64,000 bases of DNA from Octopus sinensis (GCF_006345805.1 NC_043000.1:117800001-117864000), one strand, 5' to 3'; counted from the stretch's first letter, positions 27,022 to 41,047 are shown. A program made the numbers and translations. The notes: generated from the letters alone by a model not told the origin.

Positions 27022-27647
27022 ATCTTTTTAATTTGTTTATGGTAACGTTTATAGTAACGTTTGTTTATGGCCCTCTCTTTCTTTAACTCCCACTTTACCT
27101 CCTCGTTTATCTCCCCTGTACTTTTCCCTTTGTCTCTTCGATATTTTTGTCTAATCATTCAATCCCGCTGCCCCTTACCCCTCTGTCCGGTCAGCCATGA
27201 TCTTTCTTTCTTGGCCTGACTGCCGACTGCCAACACCTCTTATGTCCATCTCCTACATTTTTGCTTTCAGGCTTTCACTTCATGCACGCCAGCTCAATTT
27301 GATTCGTTTTCAGTCACATGACACCTGTTGTTGTATTCTTGTTGTTTGTATTTGTAATTGTGTACCATGTTCTCCGTCTTTTGTTGTTGTTGCTGTACAC
27401 ATTCACTAGCTTTCTTACAAAAAAAATCTAATGCTCTTAACTTAGACTTTTTGGTGGGCAACCAGACCGAACTGTCTCAAATGTAACTGCCCGAAACAGT
27501 AAGGACTTCTGGTAACTTGACTGTGGAAAGAAGGTCACGAATGACCCATCATTTTCCCCCTTGTCCTTCTAATTGTTGTTTCTTCAGTCCGCCTCTGTAT
27601 CGTCTATCTGTCCTAATGTTTTATTGTCCTCTGTCCGGCCATGCCCG

Positions 27648-27708
27648 GATAACTGAAGAGATGGTGGTGTGGATTTCCACCTCGGCATCCGAAACTCAGA
27701 GTTTTATC
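27648..27708 (+). ncRNA. Canonical-core type-I hammerhead ribozyme motif in a Penelope-like fragment
   Basis: GATAA-CTGAAGA-GATG-(GTGG..CCAC hairpin)-CATC-C-GAAA-CTC-A-GAG-TT-TTATC. Stem I is GATAA/TTATC, the core is intact and the cleavage triplet is GUU. Confidence 0.7.
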
Positions 27709-27826
27709 ATGGCTACCGAATAATTGTCACTTATTACATTTACAGATAAATTCCTCTATTTACATAATATTGAGGTCTCTTTTTGTTATCTTACCCTTTT
27801 TATCAATATATATATATATATATATA

Positions 27827-27905
<79 letters not shown>

Positions 27906-28276
27906 ATATATATATATATATATATATAGTAAAACTATGTTACGAAAAGAAAATATAAAATACACGTTGAAAAATTAAGGGTAAAATATGAAAAATCAAC
28001 GAAATTGCACCTTGCAAATAGAAAAAGGCTATTTATGACAGGTAACGACAAATATATACATTTAGATTGACTGAGGTAGTAATATGAGTCATAAAAGTCA
28101 TTATTATGAGATGATTATAAGATGATAATAAAGTAAGATAACAAAACGAACCATGGTTTACGCAAAGTTATCCATCGTTTGAACAATACCGGTTAATACA
28201 CGGTGTAGGTCTAATAGTTCCTGAGAACGTGTAATTATTGTTTTGGACTGGCGGTCTCGGAGCAAATAAATTTATA

Positions 28277-28658
28277 AAACGAGCACTCAGAGAGCGCAAA
28301 CCTCCGCCAAGGCAACACCAACGTTCTCTCAACGATTAGCAGGAGAGGATTTTTAAAATGAGAATATATGAAACAAACTCGTCTACTCTCATAAACAAAA
28401 ATACTAAAAATGAACCCTGACCGCTCTCAAAAATTAAGTAAGAAAAAAAAAAAACAGGAAAAATAATCCAGAACCCTTGTCCGGTACCCGATCGATTCCA
28501 AAATCTAATTAGCTCGTGCCAGTCACGTGACCAAACATACCTGAAAGTTTAATCCGAATCCATCCAGCGGCTCTTGGGATATATCTTGTCCACGGTCAAA
28601 CAAGCAAACGCGACTGAAACAATACCTCCTCCGCCTTGGTGAAGGCGGAGGAAATAAT
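28277..28658 (-). mobile_element. Helentron-associated (HINE/DINE-1-like) non-autonomous element
   Basis: Minus strand has a 5' hairpin CCTCCGCCTT-CACC-AAGGCGGAGG, a GTTT-type microsatellite, subTIR CCTTGGCGGAGG, and a 3' stem-loop GCGCTCTCTGAGTGC followed by T's. Confidence 0.7.
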
Positions 28659-29224
28659 AGCGTGTATTAAACATGCACACACACACACACACGCACACAC
28701 GCACACACACAACGAACACAAGCGTAATCCACTGGTTGTTACCTCCTAAGACAAATAACGTTGTTTTAACTAGTTCTCCAGTGGTTCACTAATGTCAAAA
28801 GGTTGAAAGGGTCGGTCGACTCTTGTTATCACGAACAGATAAACACAAGCGCCTTCCTAATACATGCCGGAGATTTTTAACGGCGAAGAAGGGTTTCACA
28901 TGTGTCAGCTAATCAGATAGCCGTTGCTTTCTCGCCTTTATGTACATTAGATCGTGTCCTTTGTCAGTGGCGCCGTCCTACCATCTACTTCGCTTTCGTT
29001 GGCAGTCGTACATATCCTGTCACCGTGCCTATTTCTCTCCCTCCCTGTAATACGTCGACCGACACCCATCACCATTATCCCCGCCACCACCAACAGCACC
29101 ACCATCACCATGTTCTTGTATCTATCCGCGCTGCTTATCAGGATGTATCCCCCTCCGTCAGATGGCGTGAACTAATTGTTAGAACGACTCACTAATAGGT
29201 TGATCAACAAGTTCTAAGAGTAAT

Positions 29225-30140
29225 TCTTTTACTTGTTTCAGTCATTTGACTGCAGCCATGCTGGAGCACCGCCTTTTTAGTCAAGCAAATCGACACCAGG
29301 ACTTATTCTTTGTAAGCCTAGTACTTATTGTATCGTTCTCTTTTGCCGAACCGCTAGATTATGGTGATGTTGGGGGGACAAACATATACACACAAACATA
29401 TACAATATATATATATATATTTACTCTCTTTTACTTGTTTCAGTCATTTGACAGCGGCCATGCTGGAGCACCGCCTTTAGTCGAGCAAATCGACTCCACG
29501 ACTTATTCTTTGTAAGCCTAGTACTTATTCTATCCCGAACTGCTAAGTTACGGGGACGTAAACACACCAGCGTCGGTTGTCAAGCAATGTTGGGGGGGGG
29601 GGCAAACAGACACAAACACACACACACATATATATACATATACATATATACGACAGGATTCTTTCTGTTTCCGTTTACCAAGACTTTGGTTGACCCGAAG
29701 CTATAGTAGAAGGAAGGCGCGTGGTTTAGTGGTTAGGGCATTCGACTTACGATTATAAGGTCGTGAGTTCAATTCTCGGCGACGCCTTGTGTCCTTGAGC
29801 AAGACACTTTAGATCACGTTGCTCTAGTCCACTCAGCTGGCAACAATGAGTTGTACCTGTATTTCAAAAGACCAGCCTTGTCACCCTCTGTGTCATGCTG
29901 AATATCCCTGAGAACTACGTTAGGGATTCACGTTTCTGTGGAGTGCTTAGCCACTTGTACGTCAATTTCACGAGCATGCAGTTCCGTTGATTGTATCAGC
30001 TGGGAGCCTCATCGTCGTAACCGACGGAGTGCTCATTTTATAGTAGAAGACGCTTGCCCAATGTGTCACGTAGTGGGACTGAACCCGGAACCTCGTGGTT
30101 GGGAAGCAAGCTACTTACCACACAACCACTCCTCCGCCTA
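29225..30140 (-). mobile_element. SINE family B with duplicated 3' half, interrupted by a family D insertion
   Basis: Two tail modules (29225, 29425) and the head at ~30050-30140. Confidence 0.75.
29713..30038 (+). mobile_element. SINE family D nested in SINE B, 11-bp TSD
   Basis: TATAGTAGAAG occurs at 29702 and 30039. Head GGCGCGTGGTTTAGTGGTTAGG and CORE-like GTGTCCTTGAGCAAGACACTT are present. Confidence 0.85.
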
Positions 30141-30578
30141 TAATTTTGACAGTTTTTAAAACACTATCGTATAAGTGGGTCTTTCTTTATATAAAACCTT
30201 TTTTTATTTAATAATTTACTAAGTCATTAAATTAATGAATTAACTGATTGATTCATTGATTTATGACCTTATGCCTATCTCTTATCTTTTACTTGTTTTA
30301 CTCATAGGACTGGTCATGCTGGAGCACAGCCTTGAAAGGTTTTTAGTTGAGCAAATCGAACCTGGTACTTATGTTCCTGCTGTATATTTTTGTTTTGTAT
30401 GTTTTTTTTAAAGTCTGGTAGTTATTCTATCGTTTTATTTTGTCAAACCGATAGATTACGGGGACGTAAAAAACCAACAACTGTTTTCAAGTAGTGGATT
30501 GGGAACAAGCATATACACACACAATACACACACATCTGAAATTTCTTACATACATAATACAACCATGCATACATACAT

Positions 30579-30645
<67 letters not shown>

Positions 30646-30674
30646 CGTGTCTGTGTGTGTCTATGTGTTTTATA

Positions 30675-30719
<45 letters not shown>

Positions 30720-30870
30720 CTTGATGGGCAATTTTTATCTTAATTAAATCCGTATACATACGTGTTCATTGTAGTTTGCTTGATTTGAACTTTCTCCATT
30801 CCATTTATTATAGTTGTGTAACGTCTCAAGCCCGACTTGAGCACTTCTATGCGGTCTGTATCTTTCGTAA

Positions 30871-30901
<31 letters not shown>

Positions 30902-30907
<6 letters not shown>

Positions 30908-31108
30908 GTTGGTTCTTCTACAAATTTTATTCAACAAAAACAATAACATGCAACAAAAACATCTTTAAATGATTATTCTGGAGCATATTTGTCATCTATT
31001 TCAATTACTGCTTCCCATTTGCTTGGCAGACGGTCAGAACGTCATTTAAAAATGTTTTTGTTGAATAAAATTTGTTGAAATAAAAAGCAGCAATAATTAT
31101 GCACCAAC

Positions 31109-31114
<6 letters not shown>
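30902..31114 (-). mobile_element. Internally deleted mariner (MITE-like)
   Basis: TIRs TATTGGGTTGGT / GCACCAACCCAATA lie in (TA)n. The minus strand encodes the mariner-like C-terminus DRLPSKWEAVIEIDDKYAPE*. Confidence 0.75.
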
Positions 31115-31151
<37 letters not shown>

Positions 31152-31276
31152 CTAGGGTGTTAGGAACACCTACATTGCTAGAAATAAGTGCTGTAGGTGT
31201 TTCTGGTACCCTAGTCATATTTACTGACAATATAGTTTTCCTTATTGTAAAACATTGCACACTGCTGTCTATATTA

Positions 31277-31324
<48 letters not shown>

Positions 31325-31779
31325 ATATATATATATCTTATTATAAAAGGCAGATTTTATCTGCCCCTTTGGGAGTTATACAAATCTACAATATAGGATT
31401 TCTTCAATTACAATTTACCTGGCAATTTTTAAGAGTACAATGCATCGCGTCATGCCAGGTCCAGTTTTTAAAATTTAAACTCCAATTAAGCAAAATTTAC
31501 AGAAAACTCACATTCTGGTGTGTGTGTCAAATGTTTTTTTAATGTGGTTTACACCACACGCAAACGCACAACACACACAAAGGGAGCGAATTGTTTCACT
31601 GACGCTATCACCCTTCTCTCCTTTGTCTTTGCAAGTTGGCAGCTATTAAAGTGAAAACAGTGAATCCGACAGCGATTAAGAACACGAATTAGCCACCTGA
31701 ATGGAGTGTGAAAATTTAAAAACTGTTTCCTTCGGTGATTTTTCTGAAGAACTGGACCAAGCCACAGACTTTCCCAGAA

Positions 31780-31985
31780 GAGTAAAGCCTTAGACTATTT
31801 CTATTTACTTTTTAGAATGAGCCCATTTAAAATCATTACGGCAGAAACGAAACGTTACGCTAAAGTAACAAAACGAAAGAAAGAGAAGGATAGTTGTTTT
31901 TCCCACAACCTTAAATGAAATTAAGGCCTATTTGGCCATAAATATTATTATGGGTATCAGAAAGTTACCCAGAATAACAAATTCT
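31780..31985 (+). pseudogene. piggyBac (PGBD4-like, DDE_Tnp_1_7) transposase N-terminal fragment
   Basis: Translates to LDYFYLLF / FKIITAETKRYAK / PTTLNEIKAYLAINIIMGIRKLPRIT, matching the piggyBac pattern TNxYA...TxxEIKAFLGxxIxMG..KLP. Confidence 0.7.
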
Positions 31986-34626
31986 ATCGTAAAATTTCGT
32001 TGTATACCCAATTGAATATTAGCTAATAACCCATTTTCTATAGCGATGTTTGAACAAAATTTTAATAATTTTACAGAAAGTTACCCAGAATAACAAATTC
32101 TATTGTAAAATTTTGTTGTATACCAATTGAATATAGCTAATAACCCATTTTCTATAGCGAGTTGTTTGAACAAAATTTTAATAATTTTACAGAAAGTTAC
32201 CCAGAATAACACATTCTATCGTAAAATTTTGTTGTATACCCAATTGAATATTAGCTAATAACCCATTTTCTATAGCGATGTTTGAACAAAATTTTAATAA
32301 TTTTACAGAAAGTTACCCAGAATAACAAATCTATTGTAAAATTTTGTTGTATACCCAATTGAATATTAGCTAATAACCCATTTTCTATAGCGATGTTTGA
32401 ACAAAATTTTAATAATTTTACAGAAAGTTACCCAGAATAACAAATTCTATTGTAAAATTTTGTTGTATACCCAATTGAATATTAGCTAATAACCCATTTT
32501 CTATAGCGATGTTTGAACAAAATTTTAATAATTTTACAGAAAGTTACCCAGAATACAAATTCTATCGTAAAATTTTGTTGTATACCCAATTGAATATTAG
32601 CTAATAACCCATTTTCTATAGCGATGTTTGAACAAAATTTTAATAATTTTACAGAAAGTTACCCAGAATAACAAATTCTATTGTAAAATTTTTTTGTATA
32701 CCCAATTGAATATTAGCTAATAACCCATTTTCTCTAACGATGTTTGAACAAAATTTTAATAATTTTACAGAAAGTTACCCAGAATAACAAATTCTATCGT
32801 AAAATTTTGTTGTATACCCAATTGAATATTAGCTAATAACCCATTTTCTCTAGCGATGTTTGAACAAAATTTTAATAATTTTACAGAAAGTTACCCAGAA
32901 TAACAATTCTATCGTAAAATTTTGTTGTATACCCAATTGAATATTAGCTAATAACCCATTTTCTCTAACGATGTTTGAACAAAATTTTAATAATTTTACA
33001 GAAAGAGAAAGTTACCCAGAATAACACATTCTATCGTAAAATTTTGTTGTATACCCAATTGAATATTAGCTAATAACCCATTTTCTATAGCGATGTTTGA
33101 ACAAAATTTTAATAATTTTACAGAAAGTTACCCAGAATAACAAATTCTATCGTAAAATTTTGTTGTATACCCAATTGAATATTAGCTAATAACCCATTTT
33201 CTATAGCGATGTTTGAACAAAATTTTAATAATTTTACAGAAAGTTACCCAGAATAACAAATTCTATCGTAAAATTTTGTTGTATACCCAATTGAATATTA
33301 GCTAATAACCCATTTTCTATAGCGATGTTTGAACAAAATTTTAATAATTTTACAGAAAGTTACCCAGAATAACAAATTCTATTGTAAAATTTTGTTGTAT
33401 ACCCAATTGAATATTAGCTAATAACCCATTTTCTATAGCGATGTTTGAACAAAATTTTAATAATTTTACAGAAAGTTACCCAGAATAACAAATTCTATCG
33501 TAAAATTTTGTTGTATACCCAATTGAATATTAGCTAATAACCCATTTTCTATAGCGATGTTTGAACAAAATTTTAATAATTTTACAGAAAGTTACCCAGA
33601 ATAAATTCTATCGTAAAATTTTGTTGTATACCCAATTGAATATTAGCTAATAACCCATTTTCTATAGCGATGTTTGAACAAAATTTTAATAATTTTACAG
33701 AAAGTTACCCAGAATAACAAATTCTATCGTAAAATTTTGTTGTATACCCAATTGAATATTAGCTAATAACCCATTTTCTATAGCGATGTTTGAACAAAAT
33801 TTTAATAATTTTACAGAAAGTTACCCAGAATAACAAATTCTATCGTAAAATTTTGTTGTATACCCAATTGAATATTAGCTAATAACCCATTTTCTATAGC
33901 GATGTTTGAACAAAATTTTAATAATTTTACAGAAAGTTACCCAGAATAACAAATTCTATTGTAAAATTTTGTTGTATACCCAATTGAATATTAGCTAATA
34001 ACCCATTTTCTATAGCGATGTTTGAACAAAATTTTAATAATTTTACAGAAAGTTACCCAGAATAACAAATTCTATCGTAAAATTTTGTTGTATACCCAAT
34101 TGAATATTAGCTAATAACCCATTTTCTATAGCGATGTTTGAACAAAATTTTAATAATTTTACAGAAAGTTACCCAGAATAACAAATTCTATCGTAAAATT
34201 TTGTTGTATACCCATTGAATGAATATTAGCTAATAACCATTTTCTATAGCGATGTTTGAACAAAATTTTAATAATTTTACAGAAAGTTACCCAGAATAAC
34301 AAATTCTATCGTAAAATTTTGTTGTATACCCAATTGAATATTAGCTAATAACCCATTTTCTATAGCGATGTTTGAACAACATTTTAATAATTTTACAGAA
34401 AGTTACCCAGAATAACAAATTCTATCGTAAAATTTTGTTGTATACCCAATTGAATATTAGCTAATAACCCATTTTCTATAGCGATGTTTGAACAAAATTT
34501 TAATAATTTTACAGAAAGTTACCCAGAATAACAAATTCTATCGTAAAATTTTGTGGTATACCCAATTGAATATTAGCTAATAACCCATTTTCTCTAGCGA
34601 TGTTTGGACAAAATTTTAATAATTTT
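31958..34626. repeat. Tandem satellite, 116-bp unit, ~23 near-identical copies
   Basis: CAGAAAGTTACCCAGAATAAC recurs at 31958, 32074, 32190 ... 33121, 33237 ... 34512. Confidence 0.97.
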
Positions 34627-34973
34627 ATATATTGTTGAATTTACCTGTATCTACCTGCAATTAGAGTCACTTTGTGACAAAAATTATAGTATAGAATTGG
34701 TTGAGGACATTTCATTAAATTATCTTCCAAAATCACATTAGTATATTGATAAATAAAAAAGTTATAGTTGTTTAATGAACCAGACTAAATTTATGATTAC
34801 GTTAGAAATTAATTGAAACACATAAGGGTGTATTTTGGTCAGAAATATAGTAACGAAAGGATTAAGAAAAACCAAAAAATATTTTATTCTTTATAAATGT
34901 TGTATTCAAAATAACATTTTCTTTTAAGAATGCGTATATAACAAAGTATGTGTATATAACTACGTGGCTTATA

Positions 34974-35370
34974 TCTTTATATATAAGAGTGAAGTTGTGT
35001 GTCTGTCTCCTACGATTTAGATTCCTAACTACTCCCACATTTTGCGGTGCAGTGTAACCAAAACCGGGTATCTTATAGTCGTGATTCATATCGAGCCCTT
35101 CTGGGTATTAGCGCGCGTCTACGATGAGTCTACGATTTAAAAAAAATTACCATCATATTTTTCCATTTTAATGCATTTTTTTCGCTATTATATAAGGGAA
35201 GTAACTCTCTAAAAATATCTACGATGTGTCAACGATTTGAAAAGAAATTTACCTTAATTTTTTTTCCATTTTTTATGCATTTTTTGGCTATTTTTTGGCT
35301 ATAACTCTCTAAAAATGCTTATATAGTTATTTCCCTTACAAACCCGAGCAACGCCGGGCGATACTGCTAG
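34974..35370 (+). mobile_element. Non-autonomous Helitron family H1, copy 2
   Basis: A|TCTTTATATATAAGAG ... CCCGAGCAACGCCGGGCGATACTGCTAG|T. Confidence 0.85.
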
Positions 35371-35425
<55 letters not shown>

Positions 35426-36914
35426 CTGTATTATACGACGGGCTTTCACTCAGCATTCTTCACCTATGTTCACTCATAAGCCGTTGGTCCGCTCCAGGTT
35501 ATAGTCGATGATACTCGCAGAAAGTGCCACGCAGTGGAACAGAACCTAAAACCACATGGTTCTCTAATGATTTTTCATAATCACACAGCACACAGCGCCT
35601 AATGAAAAATAAAAATGAAAAAAAAAAAGCGGCTGTAGAATGATTGAGGAGACTAGTGCTATACAAGTTTAGTGACCACAAGGGCCGAGCACAAAACAAA
35701 AGGACAATAGGAAAAAAAGACAAGAGACAAATGGGGCTAAAAACAAGTATACATGCGAACAATAAAGCAATAACGACATTTAGACAATAAAATCTTCAAA
35801 TGAGGAGAGTACCACCAAAGGGCAACACTCCAGACAAGGACCTTTTTTCCTCTTTATTTCCTTATTCCCTCCGGCCTACAGACGTATTTTCAGAGCAGGC
35901 CCATTCACATGGATCAAACTAATATAATATAATATAATATAATATAATATAATATAATATATATATAATATAATATAAATAATATAATATAATATATATA
36001 TATAATATATATAATATAATATAATATATAATATAATATATAATATAATATAATATAATATATATAATATTGTGTAAAAAAAAGCATTGGCAGAGTGTAG
36101 GAATAATATAAAATGAAAGAGAAGGAGCGGTTAAAGAGCTGATATCAAACGAGAGAAAGAAATAGAAAGATCGCAGAAAGAATGAGAAAAAAAACAAACA
36201 AACAAAAACAAGACTGAAAAGGGAAAGAAAGGCGGTGACCGTTAATAAAGTCACAATTTTGGCTAGGAAAAAAATGTCACATGGTGGCCGGTAATAAAGT
36301 CAGAGGGGAAAAATAATGATAATTAATTTATGGGATCCGGACAATCAATAATATAATATTGTGTAAAAAATTAACTGTCGAAATATAGGCAGAATTTTAG
36401 AAAAATGTTGGGAGAGAAAGGTGTGGAAAAAGAACTGAAATAGTAGAAGAAATAGTGTAAAAGAAGACGGAAAGAATTAGCGGAAAAGAAGGTTGAGGAA
36501 GTGAAAAAAGAGAGACTAAAGGAGGGGAGTGTGAGGGGAGAGGAAGAAAATTAAAGAACTTGAATGCGTGGAAAAGAAAAGGTGGTACAAGAAGAAGAGA
36601 CAAAATTAGTGATAGTGAAAGATGAGTCCCACATAGAGAGAGAAAGAGAGTAAAGTGATAAAGAGAAAGGGAGTGAATGGAAAAAGGGAGAAGGGAGAGA
36701 GAGGGTGAGTGCGATAAATGATGTTTTTTTTTTCAGTAATCTGGAAAGAAATTAAATAAAAGATAAAAGAAAATGAAGGAATTCTTACTGCTTTATTCAA
36801 GGGAAGTCTCTGAAGATTGGTTGATAGGAGCTCATGCACTGAGATTAATCATTTAATTGCATGGATGTTTTAACCGACGAGGATAAACGTTTTCCATGAG
36901 AATTTTACTATTAT

Positions 36915-37056
<142 letters not shown>

Positions 37057-37189
37057 CAAATATCTAATCAAAACACATCCAATTTTAGCTTAGTTTATTT
37101 CCTGTAGCAACTGACTAACGACAACTTGGCTGGCATCTTTATCTTTGAACCAGACCCATGGTGGTTATAATATACGTTAAATAATCCTT

Positions 37190-37765
37190 TTTATTCTAGA
37201 CACAATGCCTGAAACTGTGGGGGAGGGGACCAGTCGATTACATCGACCCCTAGTGTTCCACTGGTACTTAGTTTATCGACCCTGAAAGAATGAAAGGCAA
37301 AGTCGACCTCGGCAGAATTTGAACTCAGAACGGAACGGCAGACGAAATACCTATTTCTTTACTACCCAGAAGGGGCTAAACACAGAGAGGACAAACAAGG
37401 ACAGACAAACGGATTAAATCGATTACATCGTCCCCAGTGCGTAACTGGTACTTATTTAATCGACCCCGAAAGGATGAAAGGCAAAGTCGACCTCGGCGGA
37501 ATTTGAACTCAGAACGTAACGACAGACGAAATACCTATTTCTTTACTACTCACAAGGGGCTAAACACAGAGGACATACAAGGACAGACAAACGGATTAAA
37601 TCGATTACATCGTCCCCAGTGCGTAACTGGTACTTATTTAATCGACCCCGAAAGGATGAAAGGCAAAGTCGACCTCGGCGGAATTTGAACTCGGAACGCA
37701 ACGGCAGACGAAATGCGGCTAAGCGTTTCACCTGGCGTGCTAACGTTTCTGCCAGATCGCCGCCT
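37190..37765 (-). mobile_element. SINE family A trimer
   Basis: Head at ~37765 with three body copies. CTTTTTATT occurs on both flanks and may be a TSD. Confidence 0.85.
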
Positions 37766-38464
37766 TTCACCTTTTTATTAATGAAATGACGAAATAGATT
37801 TTGACATCCATAACTCTTCTTTCTTCACCAAGGCGTTTGGCAAGTTTAAAAAGTTGGAAATAATTTTTATTAAACATGGCAGTCTGTCTGTTCCTGTTCA
37901 ATCCACCCCCACCATTGTAATGAGGAATTCTGCTGTGTCCTTATGTCGTTAACGTTCGTCTTAAACTGTCACAAGAGAGACACGAGCAAATAAGAGGTTC
38001 AAGATGGCCGATGTTCTAGAGCGGAAGGCCAGAATATAGTGGATATCGTGGGCGTTGCTGGTAGGCTGGAAAGAACATAGATGATGAGAGAAAGAGAGAG
38101 ATCCGAATGAGTCAGGAGAGTATGAAGTGAGATGACATGAGACCCGCCAGCGACGAGGAACAGAGGACATTATTACAACATATAAATAAATAAATAAATA
38201 AATAAAAACAGACGACTGGCTGTTTAACCAAGTTAAACAAACAATCGACCAGTGCGTGTGTTTTTAATATTGGCGTAATGACTCTTCCAAGAGACAACTA
38301 ATTAACTAACAAAATAAATAATAAAAATTAAATTAATAAATTCAAATGTCCCAAATGTGTGTGCCGCTGTAGCTGGTCGCTGCTGGAAAGAATTACTCTT
38401 TCTCTGTCTCCGTCTGCCTGTCTGTCTGTCTGTCTCTTTCTTTCTCTTTCTCTCTCTCTCTCTT

Positions 38465-38860
38465 TATTCTTTTACTCGTTTCAGTCATTTGACTGTGGTC
38501 ATGCTGGAGCACCGCCTTTAGTCGAGCAAATCCATTCCAGGACTTATTCTTTGTAAGCCTAGTACTTATTCTATCGGTCTCTTTTACCGAACCGCTAGGT
38601 TACGGGAACGTAAATACACCAGCATCGGTTGTCAAGCGATGTTGGGGGGACAAACACAGACACACAAACATACACACACACATATATATATATATACATA
38701 TATAAGACGGGCTTCTTTCAGCTTCCGTCTACCAAATCCACTCACAAGGCTTTGGTCGGCCCGAGGCTATAGTAGAAAACACTTACCCAAGGTGCCACGC
38801 AGTAGGACTGTACCTGGAACCATCTGTTTGGTAAGCAAGCTATTTACCACACAGCCACTC
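38465..38860 (-). mobile_element. SINE family B, full length
   Basis: Reverse complement of the family B consensus. Confidence 0.85.
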
Positions 38861-39511
38861 TCGCTAATATTTATTGTTGTTTTTAACATAGCACGTCAAT
38901 AAAGGATGTTATCCCAGGACACATACTGACCTAATGATGGTATGTATAGATGGTTATCATAATTGCCCACGCACACTGATCGTTTCTATCATTAATGCAT
39001 TTGAGTGGAGTAAACAGACAACTGCCTAGCGGACTAGCTGGCTGGCTAAATGGTATGCTGTTGTTGTTGTTGTTGTTAAGCAACAAGACGGGTAAGGGTG
39101 ATTAGGTGATGGTGTAGGGCTTAGGGGCGGGAGACCCAGACCTTGGGAAAAAAAAACTTTGGTCGTATTGTTGTAGTCGAGGGCTCTTCGTTGACGCCCG
39201 ACAACACTGGGAGGTGGCCCTCGAAATCGCTGGAAATGGAGATCTCCAGGTCCAAATTCTTGAACGGCTAACTGGTGTGCTGGCTGGTAAGGTGGATGGT
39301 GGACTGGCTGGCTGGCTGGCTGGTTAGTTGATTGTAAAGCTGTTAAAAGTGTGTATATCTTCTGAAATAAAGGAAGACATTCAGATATATTTGTTTGTTG
39401 AAAAGCGGTCACTTGTGAAACGTTAAAACAGTTCTTTGATCTACTGCCATAAGAATCTTAACTGTCATCACACAGATAGCCTGTACATACATACATGCAT
39501 ACATACATACA

Positions 39512-39545
<34 letters not shown>

Positions 39546-39892
39546 AACGTAAATTCGATAGCTCTAATCTTAATCTCTCCCCATCTTTTGAGAAAGGGGG
39601 AGAGGGGGGAGAAAGAAAAAGAGAGAGAGAGGGGGAAGAGAAAGAAAGAGAGAAATAGAGAGATAGAGTGAGACAGATAGATAGATAGATAGATAGAGAG
39701 AGATAGGTAGGTAGGTAGGTAGGTAGATAGATAGATAGACAGATAGAGAGAGAGAGAGAGGATAGGTAGGTAGGTATGTATGTAGGTAGGTAGATAGATA
39801 GATAGATAGGTAGATAGACTGATAGATAGATGGACAGACAGACAGACTGATAGACAGACAGACAAACAGATAGATAGACAGACAAATAGATG

Positions 39893-39940
<48 letters not shown>

Positions 39941-41047
39941 CATCGGTAGATTGATTGATTGATAGATCGCGAATTACGGACTAATTAGGTAGGTGTGGGA
40001 AGTACGTGCGAACCGAAAGTTCATGAAATTGAATGTAAATGAAAGTAATGCCGGGGCCCACGATTTATTGTCTTAACTTGAAAATGTGTGTATGTATGTA
40101 TGTATGTATGTATGTATGTATGTACGTAAAAACGAACGAAATACCTATTTCTTTACTACCCACAAGGGGCTAAACACAGAGAGGACAAACAAAGAGAGAT
40201 AGAGATTAAGTCGATTACATCGACCCCAGTGCGTAACTGTTACTTAATTTATCGATCCCGAAAGGATGAAAGGCAAAGTCATCCTCGGCGGAATTTGAAC
40301 TCAGAACGTAACGGCAGACGAAATAGGGCTACGCATTTCGCCCGGCGTGCTAACGTTTCTGCCAGCTCACCGCCTTCGGACGCATATAATAATGGTTTTA
40401 AAATTTGACACAGGAGGCCAGCAACAGTGGGAGAGGGAATAAAACGATTACTTCGAAGCCAGTACTGAGATCAATGGTATCAACTAAACAACTTTCCTCA
40501 AAATTGTTGCCCTTATGCCAAAATTAGAAAAAGAAAAAAAGAACAAAAAATACCAAAAAAAAAACTTAAAATGTTTAATATTGCAATTGAATAGAAAAGG
40601 ATAAATATGCTTTTTTCAGCGATTCCCATTTGGGACTTTTCGAAAAATTCACCATAATTTCCAAAATAATTCACATATAAAAAAATTTTAATTCTATATA
40701 TTATTAACTCGTAAGACATCTGGCAAAGCCAAAAAATATGAATTAAAAAAATTTGGTAGGTGATAGGTTAAATCGACCTCTATACTTGACTGGTGTTTTG
40801 TCTTATCTACCATAAGAGTATAAAAGGCAAAGCTGATCTCAGCAGGATCTAAACTTAGAATATAAAGATTCAGAAGAAAAAGCCCAAGGTATTTTGGCCG
40901 ATGTTGCAACGATTCTGTTAATCTTTGACACCAATAAATTCTTACATAAGAATAAGGCCTAAAATTTAGGAAGGAGTTAGGCAATACAATTGTACCCAGT
41001 TATTGACTTGTACTTTATTTTATTCCCCTTTCTTTGGTTTTTTTTCG

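Larger units (their letters stand above)
31336..34970 (+). mobile_element. Probable Helitron body carrying a piggyBac fragment and a satellite array
   Basis: Starts A|TCTTATTATAAAAGG, which resembles a Helitron 5' end. No 3' hairpin-CTRR of its own is visible before the H1 element at 34974. Confidence 0.5.

Noticed and set aside
31958-34626. Possible CRISPR or coding repeat
   Set aside because: Whole units are near-identical with no spacers. The 116-bp unit is not a multiple of 3 and is rich in stops.
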